The notes: generated by a model from the sequence alone, not told the origin. Counted from the stretch's first letter, positions 33,014 through 41,052 are shown. The stretch: DNA of 46,880 bases from Pseudobdellovibrionaceae bacterium (GCA_043779385.1 JAYWEU010000297.1:1-46880); one strand, 5' to 3'. Program-made: numbers and translations.

Positions 33014-33029
33014 TGGCACCGCATTTGCT
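33014..33029 (+). promoter_or_regulatory. sigma-54 (RpoN) promoter
   Basis: TGGCAC-cgcat-TTGCT is a full consensus match with GG-N10-GC spacing. It lies 29 nt upstream of ATG 33059, which has AAGGAGG. Confidence 0.7.
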
Positions 33030-33058
33030 TTAGCAAAGGTCCAACAAAGGAGGAGTTT

Positions 33059-33241
33059 ATGTTAAGAGCTGCTATTATATTTTTCGTACTGGGCTTAATT
33101 GGAATTGTTTTAGGGGCTTACAATTTTGCGGGTCTGTCTTTAGAAATAGGCAAAATTGTTTTGTTCGCCTTCTTGATTCTGGCAGCGATCAGTTTCTTGG
33201 CTTCTTTGTTGACGGGTAAAAATAGAACGACTCTGCCTTAA
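33059..33241 (+). CDS. DUF1328 (YtjA/UPF0391) small membrane protein
   Basis: 60-aa product MLRAAIIFFVLGLIGIVLGAYNFAGLS... is the typical family sequence. It has a strong RBS. Confidence 0.8.
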   Translation: MLRAAIIFFVLGLIGIVLGAYNFAGLSLEIGKIVLFAFLILAAISFLASLLTGKNRTTLP

Positions 33242-33254
33242 CAGGCTGGCTTTG

Positions 33255-33279
33255 AAGGTGGTCTACAGAAGACCGCCTT
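33255..33279 (+). terminator. hairpin after the DUF1328 gene (10-bp stem with one G-U, 5-nt loop), weak T tract
   Basis: AAGGTGGTCT-acaga-AGACCGCCTT, followed by TAAGTT. It overlaps the stop codon of the convergent Hpt gene. Confidence 0.35.
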
Positions 33280-33559
33280 TAAGTTCTAGAAACCAGTTTT
33301 TAAAATCTTTCACACAAATTTCTAACTGGACTAAATTTTTATTTTTTGCTGACGTTTCGATTTCATCGGCAATGCAACCTAGCTCATTAAAGCCAAAGGA
33401 GGCGGCGTTACCTTTCAGTTGATGCCCAAGCCGCTCAAAGTAGGCCCAGTCTAAATTTAATAATTTTAAGTCACAATTTTCGACATCTCTTAAACGACGA
33501 TCCAGATAACGCTCACGCATTTCAAGAGGAATCAGGAAGGGATTAGTATCCATATTCAT
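33263..33559 (-). CDS. stand-alone histidine phosphotransfer (Hpt) protein
   Basis: 98-aa ORF with the Hpt signature HQLKGNAASFG. Its start overlaps the stop of the upstream regulator gene by 17 nt. Confidence 0.8.
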   Translation of the reverse strand: MNMDTNPFLIPLEMRERYLDRRLRDVENCDLKLLNLDWAYFERLGHQLKGNAASFGFNELGCIADEIETSAKNKNLVQLEICVKDFKNWFLELKGGLL

Positions 33560-34985
33560 TCAGCTTGCGATACAGGGTTTTACGATCAATCCCTAGCATT
33601 TTTGCAGTCTTATCCTTGGCTCCTTTATTAAATTCTAGAATTTTAATAATATGAGTTTTAACGATCTCATCCAGCAAGAAGTGGGGTACGGGGGTCTCAA
33701 TGCCCTTGGCACTTTGTTCTTCTTGATAGTTCGAAGATGTAATCAATGGCAGGGCCTTATTTTCTGAAGGCAGATGAGAAGGGTCTATCAACATATCGGC
33801 GGGAGTAATTTCTTCGGATTGGCAAAGCACCACGGCCCGCTCGACTGTATTTTCAAGCTCACGCACATTTCCAGACCAACGATGCCGAAGGAGAAAACTT
33901 AAAGTTTCATTTGAAAATCTTTTAGCAGTGGAAACATTCACCGATGAAAAGCGACGCAAGAAAAACTCTGCCAATGGCATAATATCTTCGGGTCTATCCC
34001 GAAGTGGAGGAATATGGATCGGGATCACATTTAACCTAAAGTACAAATCTTCACGAAACCGGTGTTCAATGACTTCTTGTTTTAGATTGCGGTGAGTGGC
34101 TGCTAAAATTCGGACATTGATATCCCGAAAACGATTTTCACCAATACGTTTTATTTTTCGATCTTGCAGAACTCGCAAAAGTTTTGCTTGCAAGGGCTGA
34201 CTTAAATCACCAATTTCATCCAGAAAAAGTGTTCCGCCTTCAGCCTCTTCAAAGAGGCCGGCTTTCTTGTCGATAGCGCCGGTGAAGGATCCCTTGGCAT
34301 AACCAAAAAGCTCGGCTTCAAGCAAAGTCTCAGGGATAGCAGCACAGTTAATAGCGATAAAGGGGCCATCACTGCGGCTGCCAGACTCATGAATAGTTCG
34401 GGCAATCACTTCTTTTCCCGTACCACTTTCGCCAGTGATTAAAATGTTGGCTTGGCTTTGCGCGACTCTGCGAGCTAAATCTAAGGCATTTCTAAATCCC
34501 TGACTTTTTGCCACCACCTTGTCCGAGGGAGTTTCTGTCTTTTCTTTCAAAGCCTGTCGAAGATGAGTGTTCTCATGAAGAATTTCTTTAAACCGCACCG
34601 CACGTTGAAGAGAAATTTCCAATTGCGGTAAATGAAGCGGTTTAACAATAAAATCAAAGGCGCCTGCTTGGATGGCCTCGTAAGCCGTTTGGATCGAGGA
34701 CTTCGAAGTGATAAGAATCATTGGCAGAGTCACGCCCCAAGCTCGAAGCTTTTTAATCAGCTCTGTCCCGGTTAAATCTGGAAGTAATAAATCTGTAATA
34801 ATGACATCAGCATAAAGATTTCTTTTTTTAGCCTCTTCAAGCAGCTGCAAGGGGCTTTCGAAAAATGTCATCGAATAACCACGAGGGGTGAAGTAAGCCT
34901 TTAGTAAATCTTGAACATCGATGTCATCTTCAATCACAATAATTTCTATATCTTGATTTTTGGTATTCCCGAGCGTCAGTGCCAT
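33543..34985 (-). CDS. sigma-54-dependent response regulator (NtrC family: REC + AAA+ + Fis-type HTH)
   Basis: REC domain (IIVIEDD...ITDLLLPD...K), Walker A GESGTGKE, GSFTGA loop, Walker B LFLDEIG, and a C-terminal HTH (TAKMLGIDRKTLYRKL). ATG 34985 is preferred over the track start 35042. Confidence 0.9.
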   Translation of the reverse strand: MALTLGNTKNQDIEIIVIEDDIDVQDLLKAYFTPRGYSMTFFESPLQLLEEAKKRNLYADVIITDLLLPDLTGTELIKKLRAWGVTLPMILITSKSSIQTAYEAIQAGAFDFIVKPLHLPQLEISLQRAVRFKEILHENTHLRQALKEKTETPSDKVVAKSQGFRNALDLARRVAQSQANILITGESGTGKEVIARTIHESGSRSDGPFIAINCAAIPETLLEAELFGYAKGSFTGAIDKKAGLFEEAEGGTLFLDEIGDLSQPLQAKLLRVLQDRKIKRIGENRFRDINVRILAATHRNLKQEVIEHRFREDLYFRLNVIPIHIPPLRDRPEDIMPLAEFFLRRFSSVNVSTAKRFSNETLSFLLRHRWSGNVRELENTVERAVVLCQSEEITPADMLIDPSHLPSENKALPLITSSNYQEEQSAKGIETPVPHFLLDEIVKTHIIKILEFNKGAKDKTAKMLGIDRKTLYRKLNEYGY

Positions 34986-35100
34986 AAGTTGAGTTCCTTT
35001 TTGACCAAGATTAACTACTTTACAAGGGGAAATTTGCCACAATAGGGGGGCCGAGTCTAACTTCTAATTGTGAAGATTCCGAGATATTTGGATATCGCGC

Positions 35101-35116
35101 TGGTACGCTTGTTGCT
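35101..35116 (+). promoter_or_regulatory. sigma-54 (RpoN) promoter
   Basis: TGGTAC-gcttg-TTGCT with GG-N10-GC spacing. It lies 27 nt upstream of ATG 35144, which has AAGGAG 6 nt upstream. Confidence 0.6.
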
Positions 35117-35143
35117 TTGATCAAAGTCAACAAGGAGATATTT

Positions 35144-35338
35144 ATGAAACCGTTTGAAGATCAAAAAAATTCAGAAGAAGAAAAAAAAACACAAAATGAG
35201 CAAAAGCGCACAGCTCCGATGGCACCACAAAAGTCCAGTGAATCGATGGACGAGAATCAAAAAAGCGATGACACGACGAATCCCTATCATGATTTTGAAA
35301 TGGATGAAAACAATGTCGAAGAAGACACCAAACATTAA
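35144..35338 (+). CDS. small, highly acidic/hydrophilic protein (hydrophilin-like), unknown function
   Basis: 64-aa product MKPFEDQKNSEEEKKTQNEQ...DENNVEEDTKH. It has a good RBS and a terminator hairpin immediately downstream. Confidence 0.55.
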   Translation: MKPFEDQKNSEEEKKTQNEQKRTAPMAPQKSSESMDENQKSDDTTNPYHDFEMDENNVEEDTKH

Positions 35339-35344
35339 AAAAAG

Positions 35345-35365
35345 AGGCCTCCCATTGGGAGGCCT
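35345..35365. terminator. bidirectional intrinsic terminator
   Basis: 9-bp GC-rich stem AGGCCTCCC-att-GGGAGGCCT. A-run on the 5' side, and a single T then GTT on the 3' side. It lies between convergent genes. Confidence 0.7.
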
Positions 35366-35428
35366 TGTTAGCATCTAAGAGTGATCGATGGGGAAATAGA
35401 TAGGCTGTAGCAAGATGGCTGATTTTAA

Positions 35429-35722
35429 TTAGCGATGAACACTAAATTTACTAGAAACGAAAGATGAGACCATTTTAAAAGAAGGCAAAGTAAAGCGCCT
35501 TTCAAGTTTGCGTCTTAAATCTTTTCGTAGTTGTAGATAGATCACTCCAAGATTTTCTAATTCAGTTTTAGTAAGATAAGTTTTAATTTTTGGAAATAGT
35601 TCTTGTTCTTCCTCTTTAAGATGATGTGCGACCAGTTTTAAGGCAGCCAACGACTCGCGCAGAATCTGGTGATCGCGCTTGATCATTTGAAGAATACTGT
35701 TGTTTTGAACAGGTTTTTTCAT
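35429..35722 (-). CDS. short hemerythrin-HHE-like protein
   Basis: ATG 35722 has AGAGG 4-5 nt upstream (the track start 35728 is GTG). It has IKRDHQILRE and HHLKEEEQELFP (H/HxxxE-type ligands), but the segment between them is much shorter than in canonical hemerythrin domains. Confidence 0.45.
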   Translation of the reverse strand: MKKPVQNNSILQMIKRDHQILRESLAALKLVAHHLKEEEQELFPKIKTYLTKTELENLGVIYLQLRKDLRRKLERRFTLPSFKMVSSFVSSKFSVHR

Positions 35723-35750
35723 CGGCACCTCTGTTTAAAAAATCATATTA

Positions 35751-35766
35751 TGCAATTGCAAGACCA
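35751..35766 (-). promoter_or_regulatory. sigma-54 (RpoN) type promoter
   Basis: Reverse strand reads TGGTCT-tgcaa-TTGCA with GG-N10-GC spacing. It lies 28 nt upstream of ATG 35722. Confidence 0.5.
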
Positions 35767-35968
35767 GACCCCTTGCTTAAGAAGATGGAAGTTCCCAGTG
35801 GGACGCGGCTACTAATTATTGATTGAATTCTGAAATCACTTGTTTTTACGTCGCTTTGTTGATCATAGATCCGTTCAATCTAGCCCCAAATGGGTCAACT
35901 CGCCCCAGTCTTTTAAGAGAACGTCTTGCCAAAAGGCATTAAAAGTTCACTTGGACGGTTTAATTGCT

Positions 35969-35984
35969 TGGACTCTAAATTGCA
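35969..35984 (+). promoter_or_regulatory. sigma-54-like promoter (weaker -24 box)
   Basis: TGGACT-ctaaa-TTGCA with GG-N10-GC spacing. It lies 44 nt upstream of ATG 36029. Confidence 0.4.
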
Positions 35985-36028
35985 ATTTAATCCCCGACGA
36001 TGAGTGCACATACTTTGAAGGAGATCAT

Positions 36029-36706
36029 ATGAAAAAGATTATTTTAATGTTTTCAATTTTAACAAGCGTCTTTACTAATTTTTCCGTGGCGTTTGCAGCT
36101 GACGATACCGTGGACTCATCGCGGACTGGCGATGCCGATGTTCGATCTCATCGAAGCTCTGGTGGTTTATTCGTTGAGCCTATGCTGATTTATTCTAAAA
36201 ATGAAGCTTCCATAAAAACTTCGCAACTGCCACTTCTGACTGGCGACAGCTCAGGAACCATCAACGATGCAGCGATTGGTGCAAGACTTGGCTTTCATGT
36301 GGCAGATATTTTTATTTTAGCGGCCGATGGTCGATATGGAAAATCTCGGTTTCAGGACTCGCTTTATTCGACGGCTGACGGATCAGATTATAATTATGGT
36401 GTGACGGCTGGAGTTCAAACGCCATTGGCCGGCATCCAATTGTTTGGAACTTATATTTTGGGCGGGGTCTTTGATCCTGCGGCGGGCGCCAATAATATAG
36501 ATATGAAATTTACAGACGCCCGGGGTTACAGAGTCGGAGCAGGCCTTCATATTTTGGCGGCCAGTGTAAATCTAGAGTATCAAGATCTGACTTATAATAA
36601 CTCGACGATTGAATCTTTTGGAAATTTCACAGTCAATCAATCATCAAAAGTGGATGCGACTCAGCGGGGATACGCCGTCAGTTTAGGTTTTCCAATCGAA
36701 TTATAA
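36029..36706 (+). CDS. outer-membrane beta-barrel protein
   Basis: Internal ATG 36029 has GAAGGAG upstream. Signal peptide is ILTSVFTNFSVAFA|AD, followed by alternating beta-strand pattern. The track start 35840 is an extension. Confidence 0.65.
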   Translation: MKKIILMFSILTSVFTNFSVAFAADDTVDSSRTGDADVRSHRSSGGLFVEPMLIYSKNEASIKTSQLPLLTGDSSGTINDAAIGARLGFHVADIFILAADGRYGKSRFQDSLYSTADGSDYNYGVTAGVQTPLAGIQLFGTYILGGVFDPAAGANNIDMKFTDARGYRVGAGLHILAASVNLEYQDLTYNNSTIESFGNFTVNQSSKVDATQRGYAVSLGFPIEL

Positions 36707-36750
36707 TTTAATTAACGAAGCCAAAATGGTCTTCCACAAAAGGAGTTAAA

Positions 36751-37059
36751 ATGGATCAATCATTAGATCGCAACTTGAATAAAGCAGGAGATAAAATTTT
36801 AAATGCGGGACGGGATGCAAAAAATGTCATCACAGAGTCTGCTCAGAAAATGACGGATTCTGCAAAAAATCTTGAGGTCCCTGCGGCCATCACAGAACAA
36901 TTGAAAGCCTTAAAAGAACAGTCACAAGTGGTTTTAGACCGCACTGAGGAGCTGGTTAAAAAGCATCCTTTCTATGCAGTTCTTGGCGCTGCGGCGGTGG
37001 GTGCTATCGTTGCTAGCCTTGTGAGCAGTGGTCTTTCATCGCGTCGGAACAATCGCTAA
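36751..37059 (+). CDS. DUF883 (ElaB/YqjD-like) tail-anchored stress protein
   Basis: 102-aa ORF with a helical hydrophilic N-part and a C-terminal anchor (KKHPFYAVLGAAAVGAIVASLV) typical of the family. Confidence 0.7.
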   Translation: MDQSLDRNLNKAGDKILNAGRDAKNVITESAQKMTDSAKNLEVPAAITEQLKALKEQSQVVLDRTEELVKKHPFYAVLGAAAVGAIVASLVSSGLSSRRNNR

Positions 37060-37086
37060 AATTTTTTTATAAAAAGGAAAAACAAA

Positions 37087-37545
37087 ATGCTTCGACTTTT
37101 CACTCTACTAGCTACGTATTTTATCGGAAAATCCTTAAGCCACATTAACGGTCAGGCCGGGACGGCTCCGCTGATGTTTCGCTTACCACTTCTTATGATC
37201 AGAAAAATTTTAAAGCTTTTTATGATTGGATTTGGAAGTTTGCTGGTCGGTGTGGTGGGTTTGACATTTCTTTTGAAAGATATTTTTTTTCAATTGCAAG
37301 TGAATAGCCAAATACTCCTTACAGCCACGACTGGAATTTCACTTCTAGTGGTGGCTTCAGGGTTTGGTATTTGTGTTTGGACTTTTCGTAAAAAGAATTG
37401 GGTGGATGCCGAAGATCTGACAGTTCCTGCCGAGCCCATCGTGGGTCAAGAGGCTCCTCATCAGTCAGACTTGATGACAGCTTTGATGGCCATGGCTTCA
37501 GATTTCCTGAATGAAAAAGCTCATCGGCGAGCGTCCCCTCTTTAG
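37087..37545 (+). CDS. membrane protein, possibly a YqjE/DUF1469-like partner of the DUF883 protein
   Basis: 152-aa ORF with 2-3 TM segments. Its position directly after a DUF883 gene mirrors E. coli yqjD-yqjE. The sequence match is not verified. Confidence 0.35.
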   Translation: MLRLFTLLATYFIGKSLSHINGQAGTAPLMFRLPLLMIRKILKLFMIGFGSLLVGVVGLTFLLKDIFFQLQVNSQILLTATTGISLLVVASGFGICVWTFRKKNWVDAEDLTVPAEPIVGQEAPHQSDLMTALMAMASDFLNEKAHRRASPL

Positions 37546-37597
37546 GGGGATCTGAATTTTAAAATGCTAAAAGTTTTCACAACCAAAAGGAGATTTT

Positions 37598-37882
37598 ATG
37601 ATCAACGAAAATATTGTTAAGGGCCAGTGGAAAGAAATTAAAGGCGAAATTCAAAAAAAATGGGGACAGTTAACCAATGATGATTTGGATCGTGTCCAAG
37701 GTGATGTCAAAGCTTTGGAAGGCCTGATGCAAAAGAAATTAGGTTTTCAGCAAGAGCATGCCCGAACCGAGTTAAGCTCATTTTTGGAGCGCTGGACTTC
37801 TAAAAGTGATTCCTCAAAACCCTCAGATGAAAGCGCAAATAATTTCAGATCTAGCAAAAGTAATAAAGAAACCAATTTCTAA
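37598..37882 (+). CDS. CsbD-family general stress protein
   Basis: 94-aa ORF. GQWKEIKGEIQKKWGQLTNDDLDRVQGD is the CsbD signature. Confidence 0.85.
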   Translation: MINENIVKGQWKEIKGEIQKKWGQLTNDDLDRVQGDVKALEGLMQKKLGFQQEHARTELSSFLERWTSKSDSSKPSDESANNFRSSKSNKETNF

Positions 37883-37906
37883 GAGAACGAAAAGACATTT
37901 ACGACA

Positions 37907-37934
37907 AAAGAGTGGGTGGTAACTCACTCTTTTG
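37907..37934 (+). terminator. intrinsic terminator after csbD
   Basis: AAAGAGTG - 10-nt loop - CACTCTTT; the final TTT of the stem leads into TGG. Confidence 0.55.
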
Positions 37935-38063
37935 GTGCCTTAGTTCTGCTAGTCAGCAGCGATTGCCTAGGTTGTAGCTGCTTTGACAAACTCTTAGATT
38001 AATTGGCACCTCATCTTGATGAGCGTCCCTGGCCCTGATATCTTTAGAATCAGAGGTCACAGA

Positions 38064-38507
38064 GTGAAAAAAGTTTTTCATTTAGTCTATATTAGCGAAG
38101 CCTACGAACAGATTTGCTATTCCGATATTCAAAACATCTTAGAGTCCTCTAAAACCAATAATTTAAAAAACAATATCTCGGGTCTTCTTATCTACAAGGA
38201 TCATCATTTTATTCAAATTCTTGAAGGGGACGAGTCAGCAGTGATCAAGACGATGGGGCGAATTATTCAAGATCGTCGAAATCATCACGTTCGAGTCATT
38301 ATTGAATCCTTAAGTAACCAAAGAATTTTTGAAAATTGGGCCATGGCTTTTCATGATGGGGATATCAATCCCTCAGCCTCTGAAGTGGTGATAAAAATTT
38401 TTGAGACCGCCTTAGATCAGAATCAAAAAGAAAAAGAAAGTCTTCTGCCGCTGCTTCAATGTTTCCGGCGAAGCGCACCCCTTTTTAGAGAAGACTCCAT
38501 CAGCTAA
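38064..38507 (+). CDS. short BLUF-domain (blue-light FAD) photoreceptor
   Basis: GTG 38064 has AGAGG upstream. Tyr in HLVYIS, Gln in FIQILEG and Trp/Met in FENWAMAF are the conserved BLUF photocycle positions. Confidence 0.75.
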   Translation: MKKVFHLVYISEAYEQICYSDIQNILESSKTNNLKNNISGLLIYKDHHFIQILEGDESAVIKTMGRIIQDRRNHHVRVIIESLSNQRIFENWAMAFHDGDINPSASEVVIKIFETALDQNQKEKESLLPLLQCFRRSAPLFREDSIS

Positions 38508-38510
38508 GGT

Positions 38511-38543
38511 AAAAAAAAAGCCACCTTTTCGAGGTGGCTTTTT
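38511..38543. terminator. bidirectional intrinsic terminator
   Basis: A9 - GCCACCT-tttcg-AGGTGGC - T5, between convergent genes. Confidence 0.8.
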
Positions 38544-38566
38544 AAGAAGACGAACTAAGTTAAAAA

Positions 38567-38812
38567 TTACTTAGTAGCTTTTTCTTCTTTTTTTGCTTCT
38601 TTAGCAGCATGCTTTTCCATTTTTTCATGCTTTTTCATAGCATGCTTTTCTTTTTTCATCTCAGTAGCAGCAGGCATTGCAGCTTCTGTAGTAGTTGTTG
38701 TTGTAGTTGTAGCAGCAGGAGTTGCAGCAGGTGTAGCAGCTGTGTGAGCAGTGTCAGCAGCAAACGCAGAACCAGCAACGATAACAGACAATAATAAAGC
38801 AGCGATTTTCAT
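38567..38812 (-). CDS. small secreted Ala/Thr- and Met/Lys/His-rich repeat protein (MxKDx-repeat-like)
   Basis: Internal ATG 38812 has AGGAGG upstream. Signal peptide is MKIAALLLSVIVAGSAFA|AD, followed by (ATPA)2, T8 and EMKKEKHAMKKHEKMEKHAAKEAKKEEK. Confidence 0.6.
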   Translation of the reverse strand: MKIAALLLSVIVAGSAFAADTAHTAATPAATPAATTTTTTTTEAAMPAATEMKKEKHAMKKHEKMEKHAAKEAKKEEKATK

Positions 38813-38897
38813 AAATCCTCCTAGGATTTGGTTGTTAATATTCGCTTCGGATGAGCAAAGACTAACAGACATAGGTAAAAGACATATTAAAAGCAGA

Positions 38898-40379
38898 TTA
38901 AATATTTTTAATCTCGTTACGAATTTCAAAATGGAATTCAGCGCCTTTGCTTATGTTATCAGCAAGATAGAGCTTACTGCTATGAAGTTGTGCAATCTTA
39001 TAAGCGATCGCTAAACCTAAACCATAGCCCTGAGTGGCTCGATCAGCGTCCTGACCCCGACGGAAGCGTTCAAAAATACGCTCGCGCTCTAAGGGGGGGA
39101 TGCCACGGCCCTGATCCTTGATAATAATTTCAGAGGTTGCCGGCGTCCAAACAAGCTTCACCATCACCATTTCTTTTTCTGGCGAATATTTAATGGCATT
39201 TTCTAATAAAATAACAACGACGTGCTGAAGCAGATCAAAATCTCCGCGCACCATTTTTGGTTCTTGGTGATTGTCGCTGATATCAAATTTTATTTTAATA
39301 TTTTTCGACTGAGCTAACCCTTCAACGCGGCCCAAAGCATCGATAATCACTTCGTCCATGCTGAGGGACTGTAGGTTGAGGGCACCAAACCCAGCATCCA
39401 CGCGCGCCAATAATAACATGTCCTTTACGATTCTGGAAAGATGATCGACTTCCTGCAAAGTGCTTTTAAAAACGCGATTTTTTTCTTCTTCCGTCGCGTT
39501 GGGTTTTAAAGCCCGCTCGACTTCGCCTTTCATAATCGTTAGCGGCGTGAGCAACTGATGGGATGCATCGGCGACAAAACGCTCTTGGCTCAAAAAAGCC
39601 TTTTCAATTCGGTCCAGCATTTCATTCAAAGTCAGCGCCAGTTGTTTGATTTCGTCGTTGGGAACAGGAACAGGCACCCTTTGCGAGAGCTCATGAATAT
39701 CGATCGACTGAGCTGTCTGAATCATATGGGTCACCGGTGCTAAGGCCCGGCCCGAGACAAAAAATCCAATCAGGCCCGCGATGATCAGAACAAGGGGAAT
39801 GCCAACTTGTAAGTAGTGCAGCCGATTTTGAATTTGGCTTTCCAGAAGATGCATGGGCACAGCGATTTGCAATAAATAGTGGGGGTTTGAAATATTATCC
39901 AGAGGAAAGCTGATCACGCGGTAACTGAGGGCTTCGGCAGAGGGAATCTTGTCCTCAACTTCAACGGTTCTGAAAATAGCTTCTTCACCTTTTCTAATTT
40001 TAGCAAAATCATTTTTATAGGGAGGATCAAACGTCCCGAATTCGCCAACGCGGGTTTCAATCTTGCCCTTTTCGTCACGCACTTGAATTAAGGCTGTTCC
40101 CAATGGGAAAGGCAGGATTTTTCCGTGATCCACTTTCAGTGGCGGAAATGCCAAATCTCCTTCGCGATCAATTTCGATGGATTCTGAAACATCGACCGAG
40201 TAATTAAAAAGCGCATCGTCGAAATCTCTTTGTAAAGTTTGAATCGTAAAGACAAATAGAATGGCATTGAAAACCACTGTCGTGGAGCCAAAAATCAAAA
40301 GGAGCAACAGAGCCAGCTTGGCTCGAATGTTAACCTTTTGGAACAGCCGTGGAATTTTCTTTAAGAACGTAGCCAACAC
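38898..40379 (-). CDS. sensor histidine kinase (periplasmic loop, HAMP, HisKA, HATPase)
   Basis: 493-aa ORF starting at GTG. It has two TM segments flanking a ~140-aa loop, the H-box FVADASHQLLTPL, an N-box LENAIKYS and a G2 box GYGLGLAI. Confidence 0.9.
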   Translation of the reverse strand: MLATFLKKIPRLFQKVNIRAKLALLLLLIFGSTTVVFNAILFVFTIQTLQRDFDDALFNYSVDVSESIEIDREGDLAFPPLKVDHGKILPFPLGTALIQVRDEKGKIETRVGEFGTFDPPYKNDFAKIRKGEEAIFRTVEVEDKIPSAEALSYRVISFPLDNISNPHYLLQIAVPMHLLESQIQNRLHYLQVGIPLVLIIAGLIGFFVSGRALAPVTHMIQTAQSIDIHELSQRVPVPVPNDEIKQLALTLNEMLDRIEKAFLSQERFVADASHQLLTPLTIMKGEVERALKPNATEEEKNRVFKSTLQEVDHLSRIVKDMLLLARVDAGFGALNLQSLSMDEVIIDALGRVEGLAQSKNIKIKFDISDNHQEPKMVRGDFDLLQHVVVILLENAIKYSPEKEMVMVKLVWTPATSEIIIKDQGRGIPPLERERIFERFRRGQDADRATQGYGLGLAIAYKIAQLHSSKLYLADNISKGAEFHFEIRNEIKNI

Positions 40380-41028
40380 CCACCACCGTATGAATCAATT
40401 TTTTTGAAAAAGGCGCATCGACTTTTTTTCTCAGAAGATTAATGTAAACATCAATGACATTGCTTTCTGAATCAAAATGAATGTCCCACACATGTTCTGC
40501 GATAGAAACTCGGCCCAAAGGGCGCTCGGGATTTCGCATAAAATACTCTAGAAGCGCAAATTCTTTAGAGGTCAGCGGCACCTCTTGATTTTCCCGGCGC
40601 ACAATTCGAGAGATTAAATCTAACTCAAGATCGGAATATCTTAAGACAGAGGTGCTGGCATTGGTTGCGCCTTTGCGACGAAGGAGGGCGCGGACCCGGG
40701 CTAAAAGCTCATCAAATGAATACGGCTTGGTCAGATAATCGTCGGCACCAGCGTCCAGCCCTGCAATTTTATCTTTCGTCGTTGAAAGCGCCGTCAGCAT
40801 AAGGATAGGACCTTCAAAACCATCCCGTCTGAAATGTCGGGCGGTATCGAAGCCATTTTGATCGGGCAGCATGACATCTAAGATCACCAAATCATATTCG
40901 CCTTGGGACATATAACTTTCCGCCGCAGCCCCGCTTTCGGCGGTATCGACCGCATAGCCACCCTCATTCAGTCCTTTTTTTAAGAACTGGGCGACTTTCA
41001 CTTGATCTTCGACAACTAAAATTCGCAT
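40330..41028 (-). CDS. OmpR-family response regulator
   Basis: 232-aa ORF with a REC domain (MRILVVEDQ...LDVMLPD...K) and a winged-helix output domain (LTSKEFALLEYF...RVSIAEHVW). The downstream kinase ORF, as tracked, overlaps it by 50 nt. Confidence 0.9.
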   Translation of the reverse strand: MRILVVEDQVKVAQFLKKGLNEGGYAVDTAESGAAAESYMSQGEYDLVILDVMLPDQNGFDTARHFRRDGFEGPILMLTALSTTKDKIAGLDAGADDYLTKPYSFDELLARVRALLRRKGATNASTSVLRYSDLELDLISRIVRRENQEVPLTSKEFALLEYFMRNPERPLGRVSIAEHVWDIHFDSESNVIDVYINLLRKKVDAPFSKKLIHTVVGVGYVLKENSTAVPKG

Positions 41029-41052
41029 GTCTGGGCCTTTAAGTTTTTGAAA

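Noticed and set aside
35154-35378. 74-aa (+) and 67-aa (-) alternative-frame ORFs over the acidic small gene
   Set aside because: They are artefacts of the A-rich low-complexity sequence. Only the frame starting at ATG 35144 has an RBS and ends just before the terminator hairpin.
35953-35967. Second TGGAC...TTGC element (ttggacggtttaattgc) immediately upstream of the 35969 promoter
   Set aside because: The spacing is GG-N11-GC, one nt too long. It is noted only as a possible degenerate duplicate.
38004-38020. TGGCAC upstream of the BLUF gene (ttggcacctcatcttgatg) as a sigma-54 promoter
   Set aside because: It has the same defect: the -12 element is shifted by one (TGGCAC-N6-TTGA), with no GC at the invariant position.
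38609-38794. 61-aa forward Cys/Ser-rich ORF
   Set aside because: It is antisense to the secreted Ala/Thr/Met/Lys repeat gene. The triplet-repeat DNA keeps several frames open.
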